A stretch of 63,937 bases of DNA, the filler included, from Basidiobolus meristosporus CBS 931.73 (taxonomy: Eukaryota > Fungi > Basidiobolomycota): assembly GCA_002104905.1 (NCBI GenBank). It is 4 parts of 4 records of this genome, joined end to end, with 100 filler letters (N's around TTAATTAATTAA, not from the genome) between each part and the next. Parts side by side here need not be neighbours in the genome. Positions count along the whole stretch, not along the records: positions 20,093 to 36,345 come from MCFE01001127.1; 3 more parts are not named here. The stretch is one strand, 5' to 3'. How positions within the stretch are numbered: the first letter of the stretch is position 1; every line of letters starts with the position of its first letter. The notes beneath the pieces were generated by a model. It searched no databases. It was not told the origin of the DNA and saw nothing but the letters and a program-made list of their open reading frames with translations. This document shows, piece by piece, positions 19,993 through 32,399 of the stretch. Made by a program: the position numbers and the translations under genes.

Positions 19993-20092
19993 NNNNNNNN
20001 NNNNNNNNNNNNNNNNNNNNNNNNNNNNNNNNNNNNTTAATTAATTAANNNNNNNNNNNNNNNNNNNNNNNNNNNNNNNNNNNNNNNNNNNN
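19993..20092. other. Artificial contig linker (44 N + TTAATTAATTAA + 44 N)
   Basis: Same 100-bp structure occurs three times; TTAATTAATTAA places stops in all six frames. Confidence 0.95.
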
Positions 20093-22165
20093 CATTGGAC
20101 AAATCCATGTTCCAAATACTGCCAAAGCAATACAGAAATCCTTAAAGAAGATCTTTAGAGCAAAGTCAGTAACAAGTCAGCTTTATTTAAAACAAAAGTT
20201 CTCCAACATGAGGAAGACAACAGATGATGACATGCTACTACTCATTACCAGAATGGAGACACTTGCAGAAGAACCTTACAGTATTAATTCCAGTGTAGAT
20301 GATGAAGAAAAGACACTCTGTCTGCTTTGCAGCCTACCAGATGAGTATGAGCCACTCATACTTTCTTTTGAAAGCAGAGAAGACAGTTTGACTTTAGACT
20401 ATGTCATAGGAAGACCTCTCCATGAAGAACTCCGGTGTTATGATCAAGCAGAGAAAATTGAGGACAGTGCCTATTCAGCTCACAAAGGCTGACAGAAAAG
20501 AAGGGAAAGCAACAAAACCAAAGAAAATCTGGTTGCTGTAACTACTGTAAGAAGCAAGGATACTGGGCAAGAGAATGCAAGGAGATACAAGCAGACAAAA
20601 ACAGAAACTGGAGCAGGCAAACTATATAACTACTGATGTACAGTGATTTGTAACTGTACAAGAGAGTGCAAATAACTAAAGTAATGAATGGTGTAGTGGC
20701 TCTAAAGTGCTACAGCATATTTGTGGCATGGCAGAGTGGTTCAGCAACTTAAAGACTATTCCCATGGAGAGGCTTATCTAGGATGCAGCTCTGTAATGGA
20801 AGCTACCCCCAGTGGGTCAATACTACTAAATATAAGTGGTATCCCAGGGACACAGCCGCAAAACTGACTGATGTACTCTATGTACCTGGAACAGCTAAGA
20901 ACCTACTCTCAGTCATTGAAGCAACTGCTCAGGGACTGAAGTTTGTTTTTACTAAGCTGAACTGATCAATACTGAAAGAAAATGGACAGAAATTAGCATC
21001 AGGAATCAGGGATCACAATATATACAAGCTACAATGCAAGATTATTGTACCTTAGTATGACAACAGTGCTGAAACTAATGCAACAAACTAGGAGATATGG
21101 CATAGGAGGCTAGGACACATTGGAGAGCAGAAATTGAGCCAATTGGTAAAAATTGAGCTTGTTTTAGGCCTAAACTACTCAACCCCAATCAAATTGAGTG
21201 TCTGTAAGGGATGTTCATATGGCAAACAAGCAGGGCAACGTTGCAGAAGCTTGGCAGGCGTAAACACCACCAAAGTTTTGGCTATTGCATATGCAGATAT
21301 CTGTGGGCCCATGAGAGCACTGTCCTTTGGAGCCAAGGGATACTTTGCGATGTTTATTGATGACAAGACAAGATATACCTAGGTACACTTCCTCCAAACA
21401 AAGGATTAGGCTTAAGAGATGTTCAAACACTTCAAGAACATAGCAGAAGCACAAATTGGGCAGTAATGCAATATACTTTGAAGTGACAATGGAGGGGAAT
21501 ACTGCTCAAAGGAGTTTGCACAATACTGCTGATCTACTGGTATACTTCAACAGACCACTGTTCCACATACTCCACAGCAGAATTGACTAGCAGAATGTGA
21601 AAATAGAAAAATAGTGGAGATGGGAAGATCCATGCTACATGATAAGGGATTGGACCTCAGGTTTTGGGCTGAACCTGTTGCTACTGCAGTATACATCAAG
21701 AAAAGATGCCCAACAACAGCACTACATGATTTCACACTCTTTGAAGCATATATAGGCAAAAAACCTGAACACCAGCACCTTAGGATCTTTGGCAGTGGTG
21801 TCTTTTATCACATACCTGACAAAAAATGCTCAAAGCTGAAACCAAAGAGTAGAAATGGGATCTATCTAGGGTATTGTGATGATACTAAGGGGTAAAGAGT
21901 GTATGATGATGGAGTTTAGAAGCCAATCAAGAGCAGGGATATTGTATTTGAGGAGACTTCAGATGAGTGAGCCACAGAAATAATTGGCCAGCTACCAGAT
22001 GATGCAATAAACAATAATGAAGATATGCACAAAATTCAGCCAGATATGGAAGATAATTCTACCAGTTCCAGATCAGTACAGATTATCCCAGTTAGGAAAT
22101 CTACCGGAATTAGAAATGCCCCTGGATCCTGATGGCAGACATCCAATGATTCTGAAGAAGCTTTT
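20093..22165 (+). pseudogene. Heavily decayed Ty1/copia, family 2 (gag to integrase)
   Basis: ORF fragments: gag-like (LLCSLPDEYEPLILSFESRED), pre-integrase (DVLYVPGTAKNLLS), CKGCSYGKQ, DICGPM, FWAEPVATAVYIKKRCPT. Homologous to 43640-45359. Confidence 0.75.
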
Positions 22166-22169
22166 CTTG

Positions 22170-23330
22170 CCATATTTACATTTTCCCAGATCAATTGCTT
22201 ACTAATTGTATTTCCTTATGTAGGCTGTGGGTGATTACTCATTTGATTGCATTATCAACACCCAATAAGATATATTTACTCTTGTCTGATAAGGATCTGC
22301 AGATTAACCTGCTGACTAATGCTGCTGATTTGATAGATAATACCAATTTACTGATAAGCTAAGCATATAGCTAATTGATTTGATTAAACTGATCTAACTT
22401 AAAAATTCAAATGGCATATCATAGCATTCTCCCCTACTAAAGTTTCAAGGGTTCACTTGAATCTCTTTTCTTATGATACCAATATCTTGATGGTTCAATA
22501 TTGTTGACAAGTCTTGCAAGCTTGAGTCTGTCTTTATGAACTAAATCTTCCTGGATATCCCCTTGTTTGTCCACCAGTTGGTAAACTGCAAATGGACAAT
22601 CTCTGATGATCTTGAATGGTCTTGTCCATTGGGGCTCAAACTTCTTCCAAGTATTGTTACTCAGCACTACAAAGTTTCCAACTGTCAATGATTCTGGTGA
22701 TATAGTCTTATCAAACCTCTGCTTCATCTTTTCTGCACTTTGAGATCCTTTTTCTGTGCCTTTTGACTTCTTTGTTCATGCTGCTGGTGTCTACTTGGCT
22801 GTTTGAGTTCATCTTCTAAGGTGTCTGTATGCTTTGGTTGTGTGAGATCTCCTGGAATCCTTAGTTCACATCCATACACTAAGTAAAATGGCAACTTTTT
22901 CAGCATTTTCCTAATAATCCATTATACTGTTCAGTGTCTCCATTAGTTCTGGGGTGATATGCCAAGGTTTTCAAGTGTCTGATTTGCTGCATTTCCAGGT
23001 AAGCTTCCAACAACGTTTACTTAATTCTCTGTGATTGACCTTGGTTGATTTGGCATTTGGGCATGTTTTCACTAGCTTTGCAATGCCTTGTCTCATTCTG
23101 GGCCACCATGCTCTGGCTTTCACAAGGCTAGAGGTTCCTTCAATTCCAAGATGTCCATATACATTGTGTAGCTAATGTTTTAAATCCTGGCAAGCAACAT
23201 GAGGGCAATAGGCAATAGGGCTTCCATCAACAATTTGTCAGAGTGATTCATCCTGCGCTACAAATTTGCTGGCTTCATCCTGGATTATCTTCTTAATATC
23301 TTCATACACCTCATCAGGAATGGGTTGGTC
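22170..23330 (-). mobile_element. Ty3/gypsy family 1 3' fragment (integrase with deletions, PPT, partial LTR)
   Basis: ORFs 22437..22906 match the C-terminus of the 1377-aa polyprotein. PPT complement ttctcccctact at 22427-22438; LTR-like 22170-22426. Confidence 0.8.
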
Positions 23331-25366
23331 CCCTGTGCACAGATGCTTCAGATTATGCAATTGGTGGAGTGCTGAGCCAAGAACACAAGGGAAAGGACTA
23401 CCCCATTGCCTTTGAATCCAAGAAACTGAACTCAGCAGATCAAAACTAGCCTGTGAATGAGAAGGAGATGCTTGCTATAATACACTTTTTGAAGACATGG
23501 AGATGCTAAATTGAAGGAGTCAAATGAACTGTGAAGACTGATCATTCCTCCCTCAAGTATATACTTACTCAGAAGGTACTCTCTAGAAGAATAACAAGAT
23601 GGAGTGAATACATTCAGCAATTTGACTTGGAGACTGTCTACTGCCCTACAAAAAACAACACAGTTGCTGATGCCTTATCAAGACTAGAACAAGTTGCACA
23701 ACTCAGCTTGTTGCATGAATCAGATTAGCCTTGCTTTTTACCAAGGTATTTGGAGGGCAAAGCCATTCCTAATCAGGTGCATTAGAAGTTCAAGAAGATA
23801 TTAAGAATGAAGCCAACAAATTTGTAGCAGAGGATAAAGCACTCTACCAAATTGCTGATGGAAGGCCCATTGCATAGTGCATATTGCCCTTATGTTGCTT
23901 GCCTGGATTTGATACATACACTACACAATGGATATGGACATCTTGGAATTGAAGGAGTTTACAGCATTGTAAAAGCCAGAGTATGGTGGCCCAAAATGCA
24001 ACAAGATATTGGGAAGCTAGTGAAACATGCCCAAGCTGCCATATCAAACAAGGCCAACTGCAGAGAATTGCCTAGCCCTTCCCTTGAAGCCAGTGAGATC
24101 ATTCAAGAGATGGGGAATTGACTTTATTGGAAGGCTGCTAACCACCCAGAAATGCCATTGTTGGATCCTAATAGCCATTGACTAGGCCACTAAATGGCCA
24201 GTTGCTAAAGTTGCACCTGTAGCCAATGAGCAAGAAGCAGCAAGTTTCATCCACCATGAGATCTTTGTGAAGCTTGGATGCCTGGTAAAAATTTTATCTC
24301 ATATTGGAGCTAACCTTATGGCAAAGCATTGGAAGCTTACCTGGAAATGCTGCAGATCAAACACTTGGAAACCTTGGTATATCACCCCAGAACTAATGGA
24401 GTCACTAAGTGGTTTCACAGATTATTTGGAAAATGCTGTCTTTTATGCAAAGTTAGCTGTAAGTAATTGGGATGACTATATAGACCAAGCACTTTTAGCC
24501 TTCAGAGTTATTGTCCATAACACCACCCAACAATTGCCATTTTACTTAGTGTATGGATGTGAACCAAGGATCCCAGGAGATCACACACAGCCAAAGCTTA
24601 TAGATACCTTAGAAGATAAACTCAGTCAGTCTAGTAGAAACCAGCAGCTGCAGCAAAGATGTCAAGCGGTATAGACCAACATACTTCAAAGTTCAGGAAA
24701 GATGAAGTAGATATTTGATAAGACTGTATCACTAGAAGCATTAACAATTGGGAACTTTATATTGCTGAAACACAACACTTGGAAGAGGTCTGAGCCACAA
24801 CAGACAAGACATTTCAAGATTGTTACAGAATGTCTGTTTGCCACTTACCAACTTGTAGACAAACAAGGGAATATCCAGGAAGATTTAATTCATAGAGACA
24901 GACTAAAGTTTGCAAGACTTGCTGACAATACTGAATCATCAAGATATTAGGATCACAAGAAAGAGAATCAGGAGAACCCTCTAAACTTTAGTAGAGCAGA
25001 GTGTTATGGACTACTGCTTGAGTGTTTAAGCTAGATCAGCTTTTAGCCATATCAATTAGTTAAATGTTTGGCCTATCAATATATTAGTGTTATCTTATTA
25101 ATCAGTAGTGTTAGTCAGCAGATGAATCAGCTTATGCTTATCTGACAGAGATAAATATATCAAGTAGCATCTATTTGGTGATGCTGATGCAATCAAATTA
25201 GTCATTAGCCACAACCCACATTAGGAAATATGATTAGTCAGCAATTGATCTGGCTATATATATAAGGAGCTTCTGGAACCTCAAAGAAAATTAGTTCAAA
25301 TTTTGGGGAGCTCATACTAGCTACACTCCCTATTCCTCTACAACTCTTATATCCCAACTTGTAACA
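23331..25366 (+). mobile_element. Ty3/gypsy family 1 3' half (RNase H, integrase, PPT, LTR 25002-25366), decayed
   Basis: Collinear with ~41225-43260 of the intact element; many stops and frameshifts. Confidence 0.82.
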
Positions 25367-25479
25367 AATAACAGCTCAGATATTATCATTGTTGCTTGAT
25401 ATTATCCTTGTATCCAGATCACTTTAAAATTGAAACAATAACAGCTTCAAGCATACTTAATTCAGAAAGTGGGCCCCTG

Positions 25480-26350
25480 AACATGAGGTAGAAGCCCAAG
25501 GATAATATATATCAATGCTGCTTTAGATGAAGAAGTAAAGACATTCTCACTACTTTGCAGCTTACTGCACAGGTTTGATCCACTAACACTCTCTTTTGAG
25601 AGCAGGGGGGACATTTTGACCTTGCACTATATGAAAGAAATGTATCATCACAAAGAACTCAGATGCTATGCTGAGTAGGCAAGATCAAGATAATGCATTA
25701 CTGAGCCCAGAAATGCATAGAGAAAAGAAGGGAAAGCAACAGAAGTAACACAATCCTGGCTACTATAACTGCTGTAAGAAGCAAGGATAGTGGGCAAGAG
25801 ATTCAAAGAACAATCAAGTGGAAGTAAAATATATGCTGGAACAAGAAAACCATATAACAACAGTAGAACAGCTATATCTAATGAGTATTTCAGCAGTATT
25901 GAATATGGGGCACTGCAGCATATTTTTGGTACAAAGGAGAAATTCAGTAACCAATGCACTATCTATGTAAAAGCATTTACCTGGATGACTACTCTTCACT
26001 GGAAGCTACTGCTGGTGGAACTATACAGCAAAGTATGGGTGATATGTCAGGGGCTAAGACAGCAAAACAACTGAGGTAGACTATGTGCCTAGAATAGCTA
26101 AAGGTCTACTACCTTTATTTAACTTAAGCAGGGTTTCCCACTAATCATGCACACACTTAGCATATAAATATATATCACCATTTATTGAGGGAAGGGGTAG
26201 AGAATTACACAGTAGGGTCAGCTTAATACCAAATTAACAAAATACTTGCATATATTTTGGCCAAGCCACTTGCTAGGCTATACTTCTGAGAACTCAGAGG
26301 GATATTGGTATTGCAAATTTTTTAGTTGAGAGGAAGTGCCAAACTTAGTA
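25480..26350 (+). pseudogene. Remnants of copia family 2 (gag pieces and RNase H tail)
   Basis: Patches similar to 20300-20560. CAAATACTTGCATATATTTTGGCCAAGCCACTTGCTAGG resembles the copia 'xADIxTKPL' terminus. Confidence 0.4.
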
Positions 26351-27401
26351 ATATTTTGTATCATTCCGCAACTGAAAATTTACTTGGTGATTCTGCATTA
26401 GTCTTAACAGGGGGAGGACTCATCTGCAGATCTAACTTTGCCAACTTCTTTCAGGTCAATGATCCAAATACTATTTTTTCATGATTATGATCAAATAAGT
26501 ACTCTTATTAAATGTCATGCATTGAGTCTGAGGCAATTGTAATATCCTCCTTTATTTTAAGGGACATCATTTGTGCTTCCAGGTGGTGAGTAGTTTAAAG
26601 TAGAGTTAACTTCCTATCTCTCAAGTGGTCTTAAAGGTTCCAGAAGGAAGTTACTGGTAGTTGCTTGTGGCTGCCTATGGTTGATTTGGCAGCTTCTTGA
26701 TGGCTTATAAGCTTCTTTATACCTTCATTAGTTGTAGGCTATCATGCTCTGGCGCTCACAAGGCTATAGCCCTGTCTCAATATCAAGATGCCCATGTTTA
26801 TTGTGCAAGCTATGCATTGATTCCAAACCAGAGACATAGGTTTTTATGTAACACAGTTGCCATCAACACTTTGGTGGTGCTTCATCCTGAACTATAAGCT
26901 TGCTGGCTTCTTTCCAGATTATATTTTGAATCTGCTAATGCCCCACATATTGATTAGATTGGTCCTGCAGAAGTGGAGATATATCTCTCCTTGCATATGT
27001 TGGTGCTGATGGTACTAGGTTGTTACAAGAGCTCTTAGGTCAAGTCAGTACCTCTTAGCCCAGGATAGCTGCAAATAACAGTTAACAAGGAATATCAACT
27101 TATATCTGATGTGTCCCAGTCTACTTTTGTAACATGACTGCACTGACATATATTTCAAACTGGAAGGGGCCTAGGACATAAATAATGTGTCAGAAATAGC
27201 GGCTGAAACACCTTCCTGATAGGGCAAGTATTCTAATCAGATTTGAGCTGTCAAAATATTTGACTCTTTGGTATTTGCAGCAGCTTAATATAAGTGCAAC
27301 AACTCTGAACTAATCATTGCCAGTATCTGCCTCATATGCTGCTCTAGCTTTGCCTTTTGCTGTCAGATCTATGATCTTATGGTTATCCCCCTGCTGTTCT
27401 G

Positions 27402-30400
27402 TGCTACAAGTCTCATTATAAGAGATGGAGAGGAATAGTGGGCTTAGCAAGTATTGTATTCACTGACACTTGAGCCACTTTTTATGGAGATTCCAGCCAC
27501 TCCTTGTATACTTTATGCTGAATCAATTGTTAACTGATAGTATTTCCTAATGTGGTTGTAGCTGATGCCTCATTTAATTGCATCATCATCACTAAATTAG
27601 ATCATACCCAGTTTGTCTGTTTCTATGTGATAAGTATTTGCTGATTCATCTGCTGACTAATGCTACTAATTTTATAGACAACACTGATATACTAATAAGC
27701 CAAACATTTAACTGATTGATATGGCTAAAAGCTGATCTAGCTTAAACATTCAAGCAGTAATCCATATCACTCTGCTCTACTAAAGTTGAGAGGGTTCTCC
27801 TGAATCTCTTTTCTTGTTGTCCTAATATCTTGATGGTTCAGTATTGTCAGCAAGTCTTGCAAGCTTGAGTCTGTCTCTATGAACTAAATCTTCCTGTATA
27901 TTTCCTTATTTGTCCACTAGTTGGTAAGTTGCAAATGAACATTCTCTGATGATCTTAAATGGTCCTGGTCTTTGTGCATTAAGTTTCATCCAAGTGTGTT
28001 TCTCAGCAATGCAAAGTTCCCAACTGTTAATGCTTCTGGTAATATAGTCTTATCAAACCTCTGCTTAACTGTTTCTGCACCTTGTGATACTTTTGCATGT
28101 GCCTCTTGATGTCTTTGTTCCAATTGCTGGTATCCACTTAGCTGACTGAGTTCATCTTCCAAGGCATCTGTAGGCTTTGGCTGTGTGAGATCTCTTGAAA
28201 TCCTTGATTCACATCTACACACCAAATACAATGGCAATTGTTGGGTGGTGTTGTGCACTCTAATTCAATAGGCAAAAAGTGCTAGGTCCATATGCTAATC
28301 CCATCTATTGACAGCTCCATTTGATATACTTGGTAAGCATTTTTCCAAATAATCCATTAAACCCCTCACTAACTCCAATAGTCCTGGGGTGATTTTCCAA
28401 GGTTTCCAACCATTTGATCTGCTGCATTTAAATGTAAGCTTCCAATATCTTAGCCATTAAGCTTACTCTTCTATTAGGAAAGATATTTGTAGGGTATCCA
28501 AACTTCACAAAGATCTCATGGCAGATGAAGCTTGCTGCTTCTTGTTCACTGGCTACATGTACAGCTTTAGCCATTAGCTGTTTAGTGGCAGAGTCAATTG
28601 CTACTAGGAGCTGAGGGTTCCATTTCCTGGTGGCTGGCAGTCTTCTAATAAAGTCAATTTCCCATCTCTCCAATGGTCTCAAAGGCTCCAAGGGAAAGTG
28701 CTCAGCAATTCTCTTTTGTTGTTCTTAGCTGATTTGATAATTTGAGCATGTTCTCACCAGCTTCTCAACATCTTGTTTCATTCTGGGCCACCATGCTGTA
28801 GCACTTACAAGGCTATAGGCTCATCAATTCTAGGTTGTCCATATCTATTGTGTAGCTTATGTATTAAATATAGGCCAGCAACATGAGGGAAATAGCTAAT
28901 AGGCAATATGCCTTCCATCAACAATTTGAAAGAGTGTTTCATTCTATGCTACAAATTGAATGGCTTCATTCTGGATCATCTTCTTGACTTCTTTATCAAC
29001 CTCATCAGGCGTAGCTTGGTCCTTGAAGTACTTTAATAATAGGCTAGCGTCATCTGATGCATGCACTAAATTGAGATGTGCAACCTGTTCTTGCCTTGAT
29101 ATGGTATCAGCAACTCTGTTGCTTTTCCCAGGGCAGTACACAATATCCAAGTCAAACTGCTGAATTTTTTGACTCCATCTTGTCATTCTTCTGGACAGCA
29201 CCTTCTGAGTAAACATAAACTTGAGTGAGCCGTGCTCAGTCTTCTCAGTGCACTTAATTCCTTCAAGATAGCATCTCTAGGTCTTCAAGTAGTGTATTAT
29301 TGCCAGCATCTCCTTTGCATGCACCAAATAGTTCTGTTCTGCTGAGTTCAGTTTCTTGGATTCAAAAGCAACTGGGTAGTCCTTTCCTTCATATCTTGGC
29401 TCAGTACCCCACCAATTACATAGTGTGTAGCATCTGTGCCCAGAGTAAATTTGTTTCTGAAGTCTGGGATTCTTCAGCTTAGCAACTTAACAAGTTCATT
29501 CTTGAGCATCTGAAAGGCAATCTGACAGCCTATGTTTTATTTTATGATGTTGTCTTTCTTGAGGATATCAGTTACAGCGGCTTCAATACTTGCTGAGAAC
29601 TTGACAAATCTCCAAAAATTGGAAACCATTCCAAGAGACAATCTGAGTTCTGATATGCTAAGGGGCTGCTTCAGATTTTTGATGACCTCAACCTTCTTGG
29701 GGTGAAAATTCACTCCTATGCTTGTCACTAAATGTCCCAGGTATTTAATATATTTGATCAAGAATCCACACTTTGCTAGCTTGCCACATAGCTTGTTCTC
29801 TCTTAGTTTCTTTCAAGCCTTTTCAATGTCCACCAAATAGTCCTGTTCTGTCTTGCTGTATATGAATATGTCATCTAGGTAGACTGCCACAAACTTGTCT
29901 AAGTACCTCTGGAGACAGTTTGCATTAATGTTATGTATGTTGCAGGGGCAATGGTGAGGCCAAAACTCATGACTAAGTACTATAGTGTCAATATATGGTC
30001 CTCAATGCTGTTGTAGGGATGTTGTCTGGTTTCACCCTAATCTGGTTGAATCCTGACATAAGGTTGATCTTGCTGAATATGGTGGCTCTGTTGAGTTAGT
30101 CAAAAAACTCACCAATCCAAGGTATGAGGTACTTATTCCTCAAAGTAACTCAGTGGAGGGCTCTGTAGGCAATGGATATCCTAGGTGTTCCATCCTCCTT
30201 TTTCACAAAAACCATTGGTACTCCCCAAGGTGACTTGCTGGGTCTGATATATCTTTACTCCAATAGCTGATCTATTTGTCTCTTCATCTCTTCCAGCACT
30301 ATTGAGCTTACTCTGTAAGGTGTCTTACTCACTGGAGGGCTATCTTCCATATCAATGGCATGATCCACATCAACAGTTGGTAGTAAGCCAACAAGCTCAT

Positions 30401-32337
30401 CAGGCAACATATCTGAATATTCCTTCAAAAGAGTCTGGACCTACTGGGTGCTGGAGTAGAGGAAGCCATCTGTGATGTTACCATGAGGAACATTTGGGTA
30501 CCTTTTCTAGGTGCTCTGCAGATCTGTATCTTGCTAAGCTCACTTGCTTTACACACACTGGGACTGAACAGGTTGAAATCCATTCTGGCAGGTAATAGCT
30601 CATTGGTCTTGTTGTCCCTCAGGATCTGAATAGCATGGGTCCTCAAGTATATTGATGGTGTACAACCAAATGGCCAGGTTTTTCCAAGTAAAAGGTCAAA
30701 TCTGCAGTTCCCAAATATATATGCCTGTAGGTCTTCTTCATAGTTATTAATCTTCAGTCCTACTGGCAGAATAACACTGTTGATTATGTGAGAGTTCCCA
30801 TCAGCTGTTGAAACTGAAGAAGATTTGGTGGGATTCAAGTAAATTCCAGCTATTAAGGCAATTTGCTCTGACATATACTCATATCATGCTCCTGAGTCAA
30901 TCATGATCTTGGCAGGTACACCATTGATTGCTCTATTGAAATATAATAGCTTCCCTGAATTTGAAGTCATTTGGGACAAGAATTCTTCTGTCATTTGGAG
31001 AGTGAGTTCTGAGTCTTTTGCAAGGTCACCCTCCATATTACTATGTTCAAGGGCTTCAATGTGGTTGAAGGTTCTTGTAGAATAGTGTCAATTTCTTCTC
31101 TGAGGGCAGCACTTTGCAATCTGACCTTGACAGTGACAATTGAAGCCAAGTCCTTTCTTCTTACATTTTTCTGAGGTGGGTTTCTATAGAATAGCATCTA
31201 TTTCCATTGGCACTGCTTTGGTTTGTCTTCTTTCAATATGTTTATAGCCTCTCTGATTAGTCAATGTAGGCTTCCCAACTCCAATAATAGCCAAGTCATA
31301 GTCAATATCTATCTTGATGGCGTGTTCAATAGTCTGAGGTCTTTAATAATTCACTTCCTTGCAAGTTCTTTCTTTCAACCCATCAGTAAAGTATAGAACT
31401 TGATCTGGGGGGTCCATTCTTTGAGTTTGTTCAAGTAGACATCAATACTCATAGATGTATTCTTGAACCATTCCTTTCTGTCTGAGTATATGCAGCTTCC
31501 TTCTTGGTAGTGTCTGCTAGTGGGGAGGTTCAAAGGCATCTTGAATTTTCAACACTAACTCATTACATGTAAAGATAGTAGTGCATCCCATCATAGTGGC
31601 TGACCCAATCTTGCTGAGATACTACTGTAAAGCTGCATCTGCCAGGTAAGTGGCTACTTAATGTAATTTGCTTTCTGGGGCAATTCCTTTACCTTAAAGG
31701 CTACTTCAATCTGAAAGAGCCAAGTTCCCAGGTTTTCATCAACACTACCATGGGCATAGTTAACATATAGACTAAAGTTTCTCTTGACAGGGCTATGCTT
31801 GTTGTGGGTTGTGGTAGTCATCCCGTGATGCTGCTGGCTGATGAACTCAAGAAATGTAGCTGTTGGGCTGGGATTTGTAGCATAGCATTCTTCTGTTCTT
31901 GATTTTATGACATCTTGAGGGAGGCTTCTACTTTCTGCAGGATGGAGGTGCTGGGTATTTGCGCTACCAATGTTACAAGTCTTGATATAGGAGCTGTAGA
32001 GGAGTAGGGAGTTTAGCTAGTATTGTATTCACTTAAACTTGAACTGATCTTTATTGAGGTTCCAGCAGCTTCTTATATACATTTTGCTAGATCAATTACA
32101 AACTGATTGTATTTCATAATGTAGATTGTGGCTGATTACTCATTTGATTGCATCATGATCACCCAATTAGATCTTACTTAACATATTAATTTCTGTCTAA
32201 TAAGGATCTGCTGATTCATCTGCTGACTAATGCTACTGATTAGATAGATACACTGATATACTGATAGGCTAAGCATAAAACTAAATGCTTGTATTAAAAA
32301 CTGATCTATCTTAAATATTCAAGCTGTAGATATAACA
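27402..32337 (-). mobile_element. Full-length but decayed Ty3/gypsy family 1 copy
   Basis: LTRs ~27402-27769 and 31971-32337, PBS complement GCGCTACCAA at 31961-31970. ORF fragments 27986-30874 match IN, RH, RT and PR of the intact copy. Confidence 0.85.
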
Positions 32338-32399
32338 CCAAATAAACATAAACCCATAAGCTGCTACAGCATGCCCTTAAATCCTAAGAAACTCTTCTA

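Noticed and set aside
19684-20040. 118-aa ORF with a long RV dipeptide repeat
   Set aside because: It is a translation of (TTAGGG)n running into Ns, not a gene.
20037-20048. TTAATTAATTAA palindrome recurring three times
   Set aside because: Six-frame-stop spacer inserted during contig concatenation (also at 36390 and 53798).
19772-20200. Apparent interstitial telomere or chromosome fusion in mid-window
   Set aside because: The tract ends at an artificial N/TTAATTAATTAA/N linker; the sequence beyond is another contig, so adjacency is not biological.
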